Positions 15,875-28,211 of a DNA stretch of 64,000 bases are shown one piece after another. The translations under genes and the position numbers were made by a program. Numbering within the stretch: the first letter of the stretch is position 1; the number at the start of each line of letters is the position of its first letter. Source of the DNA: Cercozoa sp. M6MM (lineage: Eukaryota; Protista; Endomyxa: Ascetosporea); the NCBI GenBank assembly GCA_040357565.1, contig JBDODJ010000033.1, one strand, 5' to 3'. The notes beneath the pieces were generated by a model. The model searched no databases. It saw only the letters and a list, made by a program, of their open reading frames with translations, and had not been told where the DNA came from.

Positions 15875-18183
15875 CTATACCCGACACTCAGCTCTAAGCT
15901 CCAATCGGCTTTCGCGTGGCACCGCATGCTCAAACCGAGTGACAGTACCCGAGAAAAAGAGCACGATGCAACCTACCGGCTTCGAGGCACACCCGTCACC
16001 AACGACTTCTGTCGTGGTAGCAGAAGCACGCAAAACAGCTGCAGCAGCAACAAGTTGAGAACGAGGACAGGACAACAAACTCAGGAAGAATGAAGTAAAG
16101 TACGCAACGGCCGCCAAGAAGATAGCGAAGGGGAGCGGCCATAACGGCAACGTGATGTACCAGATAAACGCCTTGGAGGAACTCTTGACGTCCTCTACAT
16201 CGCATGGTAGTGTAACACCGCCTCGCCAACACAAACAGACAAATTCGAATGGATACCGCCAGGGTAGGTCGGAAGGTGCAGGTTCCTAGGACTCTCGCCG
16301 TAAAGAACCAGGACCTACAACGAAGCATCGAAATGCTGAGCTCTACCGGAGACAAGCATCGTATCAACAAGCTACCTCGCCCGTTTGTCGGAACTGTGGA
16401 AATTCCGAGAAGAACGTGGGAATCACCTGCTCACACAACGCGTATAAATTACATCCACACATGAATGAAAGTTAAACTAAAAACCTCATCGACAAGGCTT
16501 TCCCTCGATTCGGAGTACGGAAACGTCGCCGCATAACTGCCAGCCGCGGGTCCACTCCACATCGCACTACGAACAGATAGAATACAGTTATACACCACAA
16601 GTATCAAAGCGGTGTACCGCTTGGTCGAACACCCACTGCTTGAAAGCGACCCTCCTATGCACAAAGACAAAAGTCGCTGCTCAATCACGTAAAAGCAAAG
16701 CAGAGATGGAAATTGTACCGACAGCCATGACAGTGGCGGTGTCGTTACTGTCTCGCAATCGAAGAGGCCAAACACAGTAGTGTGTGATGTAGCTGCTTCC
16801 GTCCTTCGCGCCAGGCACTGGCTGTGCACAAAGCAACGTTGAAGAATGCAAGAAGCGTGCATTGTGCAGAACGAACCTCGCGCTTCTGCTCGTACAGCAC
16901 CGCCGTGTTATCAACGTTGACGTCAGGACCAAGCTCGAGCAGCATACCGCCAGTGGCCACCTGTATCGAACAAAGAGTATCGTTATCGATATTCCTTGCC
17001 CATACCATATGGATGTACAACAGTGAGCCGTACCATGGCGGGAGGACGAGCAGGGTCACCAATGATTCCGCCTGTCACGGGGCATTAACATACAGTTCTA
17101 TGCTTGCGAAAAGCATCAAAAGTACCCTCAATGTACTTGCCGTACTTGCTTCCACTATCGTCTGAGCATAGCATTGTTGTTGATACACACACACACACAC
17201 ACACTCACACTAAGTACCGAAAGTCGAGTTGGCGACAAGACAGCCATAGGTGGCGGAGACCATGGCCGTCGTGATCAGCGCCAAACCTGCGGCAGCAACC
17301 ATTCATGCAATAAACATGGAAGGCATACAGGGGAAAAGCAACGGCAGCTACCAAAAAGGCCTCGTGCTTCGCCAGTTGGCGTGCGATACTTTGCCCCTGA
17401 AATGAAATGTGAATACAGAAGCACAAATTGACTTGTGCAAAAGCGGATTATACACAGCGCGATGCCAGCAATCACCAAAACAGCACCAAGTCCGCCAGCA
17501 ACTGTACGTGTATCCCAACAAGAGATAATGCAGACATTGAAATAATAAAGGCCTGGGCAGTGGCGAGAGTACGAGCAGCGACGTGCTTCCACATCGTGCT
17601 TGAACTTCCATAACTATCTCGCTGCTTGGCCGCCACGTGAGCGTACACTGGCATCAGAATGAAGCACAGCACGGTAGTGACGACATAGTAGAAAATCCAC
17701 TTGTCTTTGTCCGAGCGAATGAAGGCGCCAAATTGGACATCACCAGACCACTGGACTGCACAGGAAATTCTTGAGGATTCATGACAACATACTGCACAGT
17801 TTGCCGTTGTGTTGAAATGGGCACGGCACCTCGAGAATGGCTTTCCTGCTCGAAGCGAGTCGGACCCTCGCGCACGTAAGCACTGCGCACGACCAGTGTA
17901 TTCACACGCAGAAAAAAAAAACACTGCAGAAAAGTAGAATATCGTACTCAATTCTGTGTGCGGCAGGTGCTGCAATGCTGTTAGTTGGGATCGGCTGCGG
18001 CCTGCTGCTTACGGGGCCACTTCCGGCTGCCTGGTTATAAGAAGGAGGCGCGTCAACCTGAAAGCAGACACATGAGCATAAACGACGGACTCAATTAGAA
18101 AAACGTGGTGATACCTCAACTTCAATGTCGGCCTTGCTTTGGGTGGTCTCAAAATCCGCATCGTTGAAAACAACAGATCCCAT
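15875..18183 (-). CDS. Hypothetical multi-pass membrane protein, multi-exon
   Basis: MGSVVFNDADFE..PPSY..; several hydrophobic segments (WIFYYVVTTVLCFILMPVY; GGLGAVLVIAGIALCII; LWPLPFAIFLAAVAYFTSFFL). Confidence 0.55.
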
Positions 18184-18425
18184 TTCTGGCCCGCGCGTCG
18201 GACTGAGCTCTTGGCAGTAGTGCGCTCCTGCGCGCGCTACTAAATTTGTCCTCGAGCACTCGATCGCTGACCGAGAGCCACAACCAGTGAAAAAGCGATC
18301 GATCGGCACGCAGAACGAGCTGCGATTGTTCCCGGAAGTTCAGCAGAAGGCTTCCGAAAAACTGGCTGTACTCGCCCAGCACCGGATGCAATCAAAGTGA
18401 GAAAGGCGGCAGATGCTGTCCGCGC

Positions 18426-18846
18426 TGTTATTGCAGCCCTCTCAGATAGGGATTAGGCCAGTGATACGAAAAACTAAGGAACATAAGAAAGTCTGTTCCG
18501 AGGGAGAGGCCAAGTGTCAGTTAGAAGAGTGAGTTACCCCAACGGTTCAGTGGCGGCAAAGCACTGGCGGACGGGAAAGTAACCACACTGTGGAGCACCT
18601 GTGTTTGAGTAGGGAAGCCTTGAGCAGCAAGCTATTGCAGCTGAATTCAAAGAAGAACTCTCGACCAGGTAATCTGATCTCTCCTTTCCTCTTCTTACTT
18701 CACGCCAACTCAATGAAAACAAGTTGGACTGAAGCTCTCAGTGGGTCAGGATACCAGCGAACACATCAAATTCTTCCACCTCTCTTGAGGTGTTTTGAAA
18801 GTCTTATAGTGGCTTCCGCGCGGATACAGTAGATAATGCTGTAACA
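18426..18846. mobile_element. Solo LTR, copy A, 4-bp TSD (Ty3/gypsy-like)
   Basis: Begins TGTTA and ends TAACA; flanked by GCGC direct repeat (18422-18425, 18847-18850); homologous to 27021-27565. Confidence 0.85.
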
Positions 18847-18871
18847 GCGCGGATGACCGTGTCGCGTTAAG

Positions 18872-19450
18872 TTACTGCGGCTGACCGTCGAGCTCGATGG
18901 CGCTCTCGCAGAGCAGCTCGGCCTCGAGGAAGTCGCCGCACTGCTGCAGCAGCACGCGCTGACGCAGCGCGAGCAAAAAGTCGCGCACGAGTTCGGCTTC
19001 CTCACCGCCCTCGCTACAGCAATCATCACAGTGGACGGACATTGGACCCAGCAAGGCCTTAATCTAGGTGCAAGGTACGGCAGCGACTCGAGCTCGTCAA
19101 GCGCCAAGGCGAGCACGCCGTTGACCAGGAAGAAACGCGCACGTGCGAGCTTGGCGGCAGCACTGTCACCCGACGGCACCTTGGTCCTGTGCGGCGTATA
19201 GACATACGTACGCATATAGTGCGAGGGGCATGATGACAAGAGTACAAGTCGCTGTCACGCGTGTCGGCCATGAGCGACGACACCAGTTTGGCCACTAGTC
19301 TGTTCATGAAAGTCACCTCGTCGGCCGGGACGCCTGTGCATAAACACTGATGCATCAGCCGTCCAAACACATTGGATTGAGAGCGCTACCAGCATCGGTG
19401 ATGAGAGCAATCTCCTGGATGGCGCGTTCCACACGACGGAAACGGTTCTG

Positions 19451-19502
<52 letters not shown>

Positions 19503-20912
19503 CATGCACGTGCATACACAAACACACATGCATGCACGTGCATACACAAGTAGGGACAGTCAACACGTGGGCCAGACAGTCTCACCTCCAGCATACGCTG
19601 CGTCGGCACGTCATCCAACATCTGCTTACCGTCCTCCTCCTTCAGCACTGGCAAAGCCTGCCCAAGCAACACACGCACACTCATACGCACACGCACACCC
19701 ACAGACATACATATATACAGATAAATACATGCATAACGCAAGGTGTGCAGATACCTGCACAATGGCACGCAGCACGTCGTCGTGCGTCGCCTCAGCGGCC
19801 GAGCAGAGCGCTCGCAGCAGCGACTGGCGCGCCATCGCGTCGTTGTCCTTGAGCCCCGGCGGGGGGGGGGGCGGGGGTAAAGAGCGGATAAAGGTAGACA
19901 ACTTTAATTATGAAGTACCTGCTCAAGCTGTCGCAGTGCATGCAGACAGGCGCGACCCTGCAGACATCTCGTGCATTTCCAGATACAAGAGTAGACCCGA
20001 AACACAAAAGACAAGGCACGATGCGGGCGCGACGACCGTCGTCGGAACGCCACTGCAGCAGCGCCGACTCGAAGGCGGCCAACGTGCGGCGCAGCTGCTC
20101 GATCTCGACGACGCGCTCGGCACGCTCGGACTCACTAGGGTGGGGGGGGGGGGGGTAAAGGGTCACACACTGGGCACAGTGAACCTACCTAACCTTCTCA
20201 AGTTCCTTGGACTTCTCGGCGATCTTGGCTTCGATCTCTTCGTTCATGCTGCACCAAGAATTGATATTTGATATAATATTTCTAGATTTCTATATTTATA
20301 TTCTGGGGGGGGGGATAGGTAGGGTAGGCGAAGGATGAAAACACAGCTACCGCGTGCGCAGAGCGGCCTCGTACTCGCTGAGTTTGGCGTCAAAGGCGCG
20401 CTCCAAATCGGCGTGCTCCTGTACGAGCTTGGCCTTCTCGGCGCGTTCCTGCTCGAGCTGCTCGCGCAGTTCCTCGACGCTCTCGCTCTGCTTGCTCACC
20501 AGGGCCTGGCAAGGGGCACACATCTCAGGGTGCCAAGGTGACTCGGGCAGGAGCAGGGGTTAGGGACAGGGTTAGGGACAGGGTAAGAGTGACAACAACA
20601 AAAAAGAACCTTGAACCACGGCGACAGCGTGTTGAAGACGTCGTCGGGCGACTGGCCGCCGTCGACGCGACGCACGAGATTGAGCTGGTCGAAGTGCTCA
20701 ATGATCGGCATGGTCGACTCGGTGTAGGTACGGAAGCGCTTGCGGATGCTCTCCTTGTTGTCGTCCTTGCGCACGGCCTGGCCTATGTACGTGTGCATGC
20801 GTATGTGCAGAGTATAAGTGTGACACTGACCCCCCCCCCCCCCAGTATATCTAGGTGCCCTACCGTTCTGACGCGCCTTCTCGGCACGGCCCAGCAGTCG
20901 CTGCTCCATGAC
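18872..20912 (-). CDS. MIC60: Mic60/mitofilin (coiled-coil + mitofilin domain) fused to a UMP-CMP/adenylate kinase-like domain; 5' part lost in N-gap
   Basis: Spliced product: ..MEQRLLGRAEKARQNG|QAVRKDDNKESIRKRFRTYTESTMPIIEHF..VDGGQSPDDVF..WFK|ALVSKQSESVEELREQ (coiled coil)..DDVLRAIVQ|ALP..DVPTQRMLE|NRFRRVERAIQEIAL..GDSAAAKLARARFFLVNGVLALALDELESLP|..VRDFLLALRQRVLLQQCGDFLEAE. Confidence 0.8.
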
Positions 20913-21012
20913 NNNNNNNNNNNNNNNNNNNNNNNNNNNNNNNNNNNNNNNNNNNNNNNNNNNNNNNNNNNNNNNNNNNNNNNNNNNNNNNNNNNNNNNN
21001 NNNNNNNNNNNN
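20913..21012. other. 100-N scaffold gap of unknown true size hiding the 5' ends of two divergent genes
   Basis: N run; both flanking genes run into it without a clear start. Confidence 0.9.
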
Positions 21013-21077
<65 letters not shown>

Positions 21078-21139
21078 AGTCCAGTCCAGTCCAGTCCAGT
21101 TTACAGGGCAAGCCTTGTATGTGACCCTGTGTATGACAG

Positions 21140-22903
21140 GTGGCCAGACGCGTTTCGGAGAGCCGCGCGAGCGTCGTCCGGTCGGCTCATCGCAGGACCG
21201 CTTCCAGCGCTCCATGGGTGGTAGCGGTACGAGCTCACCTTGCTTTCTGTAGGTGCAGATGTGGATGTGGATGTGTGTGTGTGTGTGCAGATCGCTTCAG
21301 TCGTCCGGAGGGCATGCTGCGCCGTCCGCAGCCGGTGGGTAGCAGTCGCTTCACTCGTCCTGAGCCGGAGCAGGAAGGTCCGCGTGGCGGCGGTCGCTTC
21401 GGCGGCGGCGGCGGCGGCCGTTTCGGCGGCTACCAGCGCGGCCCTGTGCTGGGTAAGTTCGACTCCCTTCAACCCCTGACCCCTGACCCTGTGTACCCCC
21501 CCCCCCATAACCCTGTAATGTGTGCTGACAGAGGAGCGTATTGGCGTGACGAACCTTGTGTCGCTGGCGCAGGTGCAGGAGCGCGACCGCGTGGAGGCGG
21601 AGCGCGAGCAGGCGCAGCGCGAGGTCGAGCAGCAGAAGGCCGAGGAAGCCGCCGCTGTCGAGGAGGAGGTCTCGCTGTTTGGCGGTGTGAGTGTCGGCAA
21701 GTCCAAGGGCAAGGTTAAGGGCAAGAAGGGCAAGAAGGGCAAGGGCCCCAAGGCCAAGAAGCAGTCGGCGCTGCAGGCCGCGCTGTCGGCGCCAGTCGAG
21801 GTGCCTGTGACGGCGCTGCAGCTCGAGCAGGGCCTCACCACCAAGCTGCTCAGCGTAGCCTGTCTCCTACCCTCCCCCTGTCCCCGACACCCTCCCTGCC
21901 ATACCCTTGTCTTCCCATAGAACCCGCGCAACGCCGAGAAGCTGCTGCCGGTGCTGGTGGTGTCACTCCGCGAGCGCAGCATGGACTTCCTCGAGCTGTG
22001 CCACGTGGCGCAGAGCAAGCTCTCGCTCGGCTTCGAGGACCTCCTGGTCGACGTGCTGCGCGACGCTGTGGCGCAGCTCGGCGAGGAGCGCGTCATCGAG
22101 CTGGTAGCCTGGCCCTTCTATCCCATACACCTTGTGTCTATTGTACCCGAATCGATGCTTGATTGAATGCTTTTGTGCTTGATGCTTTTGATGCTTGATG
22201 CGTGCTTGCCTGCTGTGTGCGGCAACAGGTGCCGTTCGACGTGGTGCAGCAGTCGCCGCTCCAGGAGGATTTCCTCAAGGCCAACAAGCTCGGCTTCCTG
22301 CTCGGTGCCGGCTCGGTGGACATGAAGGCTCTCCGTGCCGCTGTCAAGGCCGACGCCGCCGCCGGTGTCGATGCCTTGGGTGCCGACTTCATCCCGTCCG
22401 AGGAGGTCACGGCCGTCATTGCCGAGGCTCTCGTGCAGAGGTACCTCGTCCCATCCTGCAGCTCAACCTCTACCTATCTACCTATCCTACTTTCTGCCTC
22501 CTTGCCCCGTATCCTTGTACACTCCAGATACCTGGCTGAGCCGTTGGAGACGGTGCTGCAGACGTTCGCGCCGCTGCTGGAGGCGGCGCTGCCGGCGCGC
22601 GAGGACAAGACGACACTGCAGGTGCAGCTGCTCACGGAGGCGCAGAACCAGTGGTACGCCGAGGGCGCCGAGGAGGGCGTGCTCGTCGGCCTCTTCAAGG
22701 CGCTGCACCGACTCGAGCTCGTGCACGCCCAGGCGCTGTGCGACTGGCGCGACTCGGACGCCAACAATGGCAAGAGCAAGATGAAGGCGCTGTTCGAGCC
22801 CGAGCTGTCCGACTGGCTCATCGAGATCGACCCGATGCAGTTCCGCGAGGTTAGCGATGCCGAACCCGAGTCCGACCTCGAGGACGACGATCTCGAGGCC
22901 TAG
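21140..22903 (+). CDS. RGG-rich protein with C-terminal W2 (eIF4G/eIF5/eIF2Be-type) domain and acidic tail; 5' truncated by gap
   Basis: RGGGRFGGGGGGRFGG; coiled coil; KGKKGKKG; C-terminal QVQLLTEAQNQW..LFKALHRLELVHAQALCDW..GKSKMKALF..LSDWL..acidic tail resembles W2 AA-boxes. Confidence 0.7.
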
Positions 22904-23223
22904 ATTGTGCCACACCTGCGCCTGCTGCAGACTATGTGTCCTAGGTCGCCAACTCCGCAGCTAGTCGCCATTTAATTTGATCACACTTTTAATTTCTTCA
23001 CTCCGGTCGGTCCGACTCACTTTTACGTTAGTTTGAACCGGTATCTACGGCTGACCAACGGAGATCCCAGCCGATTTATGACGTTGACATCAGATGAGTT
23101 AACTCTATATAACATACTAGGAGTGCGACTCGTCCAAGTCGCGCGTGTACCTTGCCAATGCGCTGCGACCCTGGGACTATCAGGGGAAGACAGCCAGCCA
23201 GCTTGCTGAATACTAGAATCCAG

Positions 23224-25403
23224 TTAGAAGCCGACAGTGTCGGTGCCGTTGAGGATGCCAGAGTCGAGGATGCTGTTGATGAGCTTGTCGCCCTGATCGC
23301 CCTGCATAAAAAGCGTGATAATCAACCGTACGCACAGATAACATGCCACTATCAGCATATCTATCAACTGTCAACAGTCTGTCTGAAGAGCGTGTACCGA
23401 AATGACGATGCGCTGCGAGCGCGACAGAATTTCGAGCACTTCAGCACGTGCCATGGCGAGCTAGGGAAAGGTGTGTGAAGGCAACAGACAGAGGAGAGCA
23501 CATGAGAACTATACCTTGTGCTCACGGATGGCGCGCAGCGACTGCGAGCCGAGCTTTTCGGCATCGGCCTGAAGGAAGACACACACGGGTATACGGGTAC
23601 AAGCTGACCCTGCGACGAGAGGCTACCTCAGTTCGAAGGGCACGGGCGCGATCTTCGGCAGCCTTAACGCGCATCTCACTCTCTTGAATGCGGGCCTGTA
23701 CACGGGGGGGGGGGTTCTAATGCATGGGCCACAAGGCCAGAGGCAGGAGGTACCTCAGCGTCCTTGTCGGCGCTGATCTTGATGCGCTCAGCACGAGCAC
23801 CAGCGGCGGCCGTCTTCTCGGCGCCTTCCTTCTGACCCGTGAGCTTCACGACGTGCTTCTCGGACAGAGCGTTCTTCTCCTGGACCGCGGCCTGTCCAGA
23901 CACAGACACATACAGATGACATATCTTCCATCACACACGAACGTGGAATCCGACTCATGGTACCGTCTCCTGGGCCTGCGTGACAGCGACATCGAGACGA
24001 CCACGAGCATCCGTGCTGCACAACCCATAGACACACAGCTTACACTCTGCCTGTGCCAGCAGGAGTGAACAAGAGGAGGTACGCAAGCTTCTCACGGTCG
24101 ACGAGAGCGCGATCGCGACGTGCCTCGACCTTGAGGATTCTAAACACAACAAAACGGTTCAGAAGGCAACGACCCTGGGGAGAAGGCTCAATGTACTTGA
24201 GATCAAAGTCCTTCTGCTGCTCCTCGATCTTCTGGGCCGAGTCAAAGTCAATGACCTTGACGTTGTGCTCGTGCTCCTTCTCGCTGTCCTTGATCTTGCT
24301 GTCGAACTCGGTCGTGGCCTGCAGCGTGTGCGCCAGGTCGCCCGGCAGTCGCACGTCCGTGATCACAGCCGACGTGAAGGTCACGCCGAACTTGGAGAAC
24401 TTCTTGTTCAGCTCGTCGATCATGTGGCGCACCAGGTTGCCGCCACGCAGCTCGTACGCTTGCTGCCAAGGGAACGACACATGGGGGGGGGGAACAGAAA
24501 ACAGAAAGCAGCGTACCTGATGCGGCGTCTCACGCACGAGTTGGCGGATACCTTCCTGCCGAGGGGACACACAAGAGCGTACATGTCCAGGTATCGATCC
24601 ATGCAGGAACTGCCTACCTCGGTGGCACTGCTGAGGAACTCGTTGAAGCGCGAGGCACCCAGAGTGTCTGCAGCATGCAACATACCCACACACACACACA
24701 CGCACAGATACTATGTGTATTTGGTGACATACACACAAACTTCTTGACGTCAGCAGGGGTTGGGCCCTGTCAGACACAAACACAGAAGGTAGGCCAGGCG
24801 CAGATGCACACGGCTACACCTCAGAACACTCGCGAACGTACGATGCGGAACACGAGTGCGAGATCGCAGTCGATCATGACATTGTCCTTGGTGGGACACG
24901 CTTTCTGTGCAAGCGCACCGTGGTCTCAAGCCATGTCTCAGTCAGTCAGTCAGCGCTCAGAATGTGCATGTACCACAGGCGCGTTGTAGGTGCAACTCTG
25001 CTGTGACACGACGTAGGCCACCTTGTAGTACGCAGGCAGACAGTGCAAACCAGCAGGCGCTAGCTCGCCGCCTTCAACGCCGGCGTTGGCATCAGCGCCC
25101 CACTTGTGCAGAATGGCTACGGCGCATCGTATGAGCATGCATGCGCATGCATGTGCACAACACAAAAATACACCAGATGTGAAGACATACCGTGCACACC
25201 AGACGGCACCGTGAGCATGCATGAGCAGCAGTTGCGTTCCTCCGGGATCAGTACCTGCGGCAAGCATGGTGCACAAAACACAGACAGAAAAACGGCAGTA
25301 CCAAAGGCAGACGACCGTTGCGAGCTTCGTCATTGAACCGCTCGAGCGCATCAGCCGCTGTGGCCACGCTCTCTTGCGTCAGTGTAGTACTACGAACCAC
25401 CAT
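23224..25403 (-). CDS. SPFH/band-7 domain protein with C-terminal coiled coil, multi-exon
   Basis: VLIP..TVPSG..HKWG..AGLH..YNAPV|KACPTKDNVMIDCDLALVFRI..EGIRQLVR..FGVTFTSAVITDVRLP. Confidence 0.85.
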
Positions 25404-26009
25404 ATCACCTTCAATGTCTACCAGGCAGCCAAAGCCACACACGAAAAAAACGAGAGCAGCGTCTCAAAAGAATCTGCACGGAGGCCCAGTTTGAACAAAA
25501 CGACACCGCATGGCTATTTGCAACACTGATCAGGCCTCAGCAATCTGATGTTTTCTTGTTTGACCAACTGGGTTTCGTTGGTTACACGAAAAAAAAAACA
25601 AAAACAATGGGAAGAAAATGTCCAAAAAATCTCTGATTGCAGAAAACAACAAGAAGCTGCCAGCCAAAGCCTGTTTTGTAGTTCTTTAGGGTTAGTGGGC
25701 AAAAAATGCTACACAAAAAGGCATGAAATAGCATGAGCTACCGCTGATACATTGAGCGAGATTGTTCTCACAGAAATCTGATGTGACGGCCTTGCAGCGG
25801 GAACCCTGTCTGTCGAACAAGTCTTAGTGTTCCACGAAACGACGGGGATGCGAGGTTTGAGGACTGGTCGAGGAGAGCGCGGCTCTCGCTTTCTTTGTTT
25901 AAAAAAATAACAATCGTCGTCGTCCCATTGTACGGAACTTGGACCGGGGGACTCTCAGACACGGATGTTGTCGTGCCGTGATTCAGGATTCACTCAGCAC
26001 CTGCCATAG

Positions 26010-26823
26010 ATGAAGGCTTTCTTGACAGCTTTGCTGGCACTAGCAGGCTCTGCGTTTGCTGATGTTGTACTTTAACCCCAAAATTGAAAAACAAAAGACT
26101 GCTTTCGTCTCATTATTGCGCTTGCTGTCCTCATAGGCCTTTGAGAACACTGAGACGACCACGGCTCTGTGGCAGGCGATCAATGCAAACGACGCTGTTG
26201 CCCTTGCCGACATTGTACGCTGTCCGCAGTGCTTTGGCATCCCGAGATGCATTTTGTTGGTGGCCTGTCGTAGGTCCGCGTGCAGCCGGACGCTTTGTCT
26301 GCCCGAAGTGAGGACGGGCGCGGTGCCCTCTTTTGGGCCTACGAATACGGCCGCTCTGACATTGTAAGCTGAGCTTGGATGCTTCACAGTGAATTTAATC
26401 CCCGTTCCGGTGTATCAATTGTGAGTGTGTTGGCACGCTGCAGATCAACCTCCTGTTGAACGAGGGCGTCGAGACTGACGTCACTGACCTCGAGGGAAAC
26501 ACACCGGCTGACTTGGTGCGTGTTTGGCACTGCTTTGTGGTGGGGCATCTCCCAGTGAGTACGTTCGCTTGCGTGACAGGCGTCCGAGGGTTTCGAACTT
26601 AAGCGCGACGAAGAGCAGACTTTCGAAAAGGTGCTACGGGTCGCTGGTTGATGTGTTGTCCCGTGTGTTGTCATGTCTTTTGTTGTAGCTGAATGAGGTT
26701 GTTGCGGCGCAGCGCGAGGCCGAGAGAGAGGCGCGCGAGGCGGTAGACCCGTTTGTTTCGTCTGCGGTGGACGTGTGCACTTTTGTTGTTTCTGTGTAGG
26801 CTCAGAAGTCGAGCTCTTCGGAT

Positions 26824-26855
<32 letters not shown>

Positions 26856-26895
26856 TGTCTGGGAGGACTTTGGCGACGATGACAAGGAACTGTAG
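26010..26895 (+). CDS. Secretory-pathway ankyrin-repeat protein with signal peptide, acidic tail and KDEL-like DKEL end
   Basis: MKAFLTALLALAGSAFADV|AFENTETTTALWQAINAND..RSEDGRGALFWAYEYGRSDI|INLLLNEGVETDVTDLEGNTPADL..DDDDVWEDFGDDDKEL*. Confidence 0.8.
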
Positions 26896-27020
26896 GTCGA
26901 CACTAAAGTACGTCTGCGTGCTGCGCGAACGAAAGTCATCTCGGCGTGAGCGGCGGTCTGTTGAGTTCCGGTTTAGAGTTCGCACTCAAGTGATTTCATT
27001 ACTTTCAGTTGGAACAACAA

Positions 27021-27565
27021 TGTTACCGCAGCCCTCTCAGATAGGGATCAGGCCTTGGTAGATTAAGGGTACTTTGCCAGTGATACAAAAAAAAACTAAG
27101 GAACGTAATAAAGTCTTTCTTGGAGGAAGAGTGGCCAGTTGGGCGGCAAAGCACTGGTGGTGGACGGGAAAGGCACCCGTCAGATGGTAACAGTAGAAAG
27201 GACAGTCAGTAAAAAGGGTCCTTGACGGAAAGACGTCGTGAGAACTGAGGTGAGGATTCAGAAGTAGTTGAGTTGGAAGTAAAGAAAAGAAGGGCCCCTG
27301 GAAAGGCAGAGGACAGGTAGAAGCGAAGACAACTGGTCCTGGAGAGATCAGATTACCTGGTCGAGAGAGAGCCCTTCTTTGAGTTCAGCTGCAAAAAGCT
27401 TGCTCAAGGCTTCCCTACTCAAACACAGGTGTTCCACAGTCTGGACTGAAGCTCTCAGTAGGTCAGGATACCAGCGAACACACATCAAAATCTTCACACC
27501 TCTCTTGAGGATTTTTTAAGTTGTAGGGTTGCTTCCGCGCGGATACAGTAGTTCATGCTGTAACA
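27021..27565. mobile_element. Solo LTR, copy B
   Basis: TGTTA...TAACA termini; ACAA direct repeat at 27017-27020 and 27566-27569; homologous to 18426-18846. Confidence 0.85.
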
Positions 27566-27814
27566 ACAAGCTGAGCGCGACGGTGATACTCGGGTTGTTT
27601 AAAGCTTCACGACGTGACACGCCAATTTCAGCTGCTGGTTCACAGTGGCGCTGCGGTGTTCGTTGCGTTGCACCATGCACGTCAGGCCAACTGTGCATGT
27701 TGTTTTTCAATCGCAGAAGTCGCTCCTCGAGCACAAGCACGCGCCTCGATGATCAAGTACTAAACCATTCGATTGAGTTAGCGGAGCTTACTAACGCTGC
27801 CGGGGAACTCGACT

Positions 27815-28180
27815 CTACTTTTGGCTGACCTCTGCCCTGGCCGTCCGGTCGTCGCATGGAACTCTTCGTTCGCCAGCGCTAGAGAAATGGTAGGCTTCGA
27901 CCTGCTGTTGGCGCACAGGGTCTTCCTCGCTGACCTCAGTGGGCACATGGGAACTGTCGTCGCGACTGTGCGACGTTCGGTGCGACTGTAAATGCGCCGG
28001 AACGAAACTGGGCGCCGACGCCGACCACACATACGAGGACGGCGCGTACTCGGACCGCATCGGCGGTGACGAGGGAAGGAGGACGTATCCGACGAGGGTG
28101 GTGTGTACGGTCCCTGCGCGTATAAGTTTACTATATCTGCTGCGACAGGTGCGGTGCACACGCTTGCAGACATAGGGGGT

Positions 28181-28211
<31 letters not shown>

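Noticed and set aside
18872-25403. Mic60 and SPFH genes as a cristae-shaping gene cluster
   Set aside because: The SPFH protein shows no presequence or prohibitin/SLP-2 signature, and adjacency in a eukaryotic genome is weak evidence
25768-25860. In-frame TGA-TGT as possible selenocysteine or stop-codon reassignment
   Set aside because: Intergenic; the ankyrin gene starts at 26010, and the conserved genes I assembled splice cleanly with the standard code
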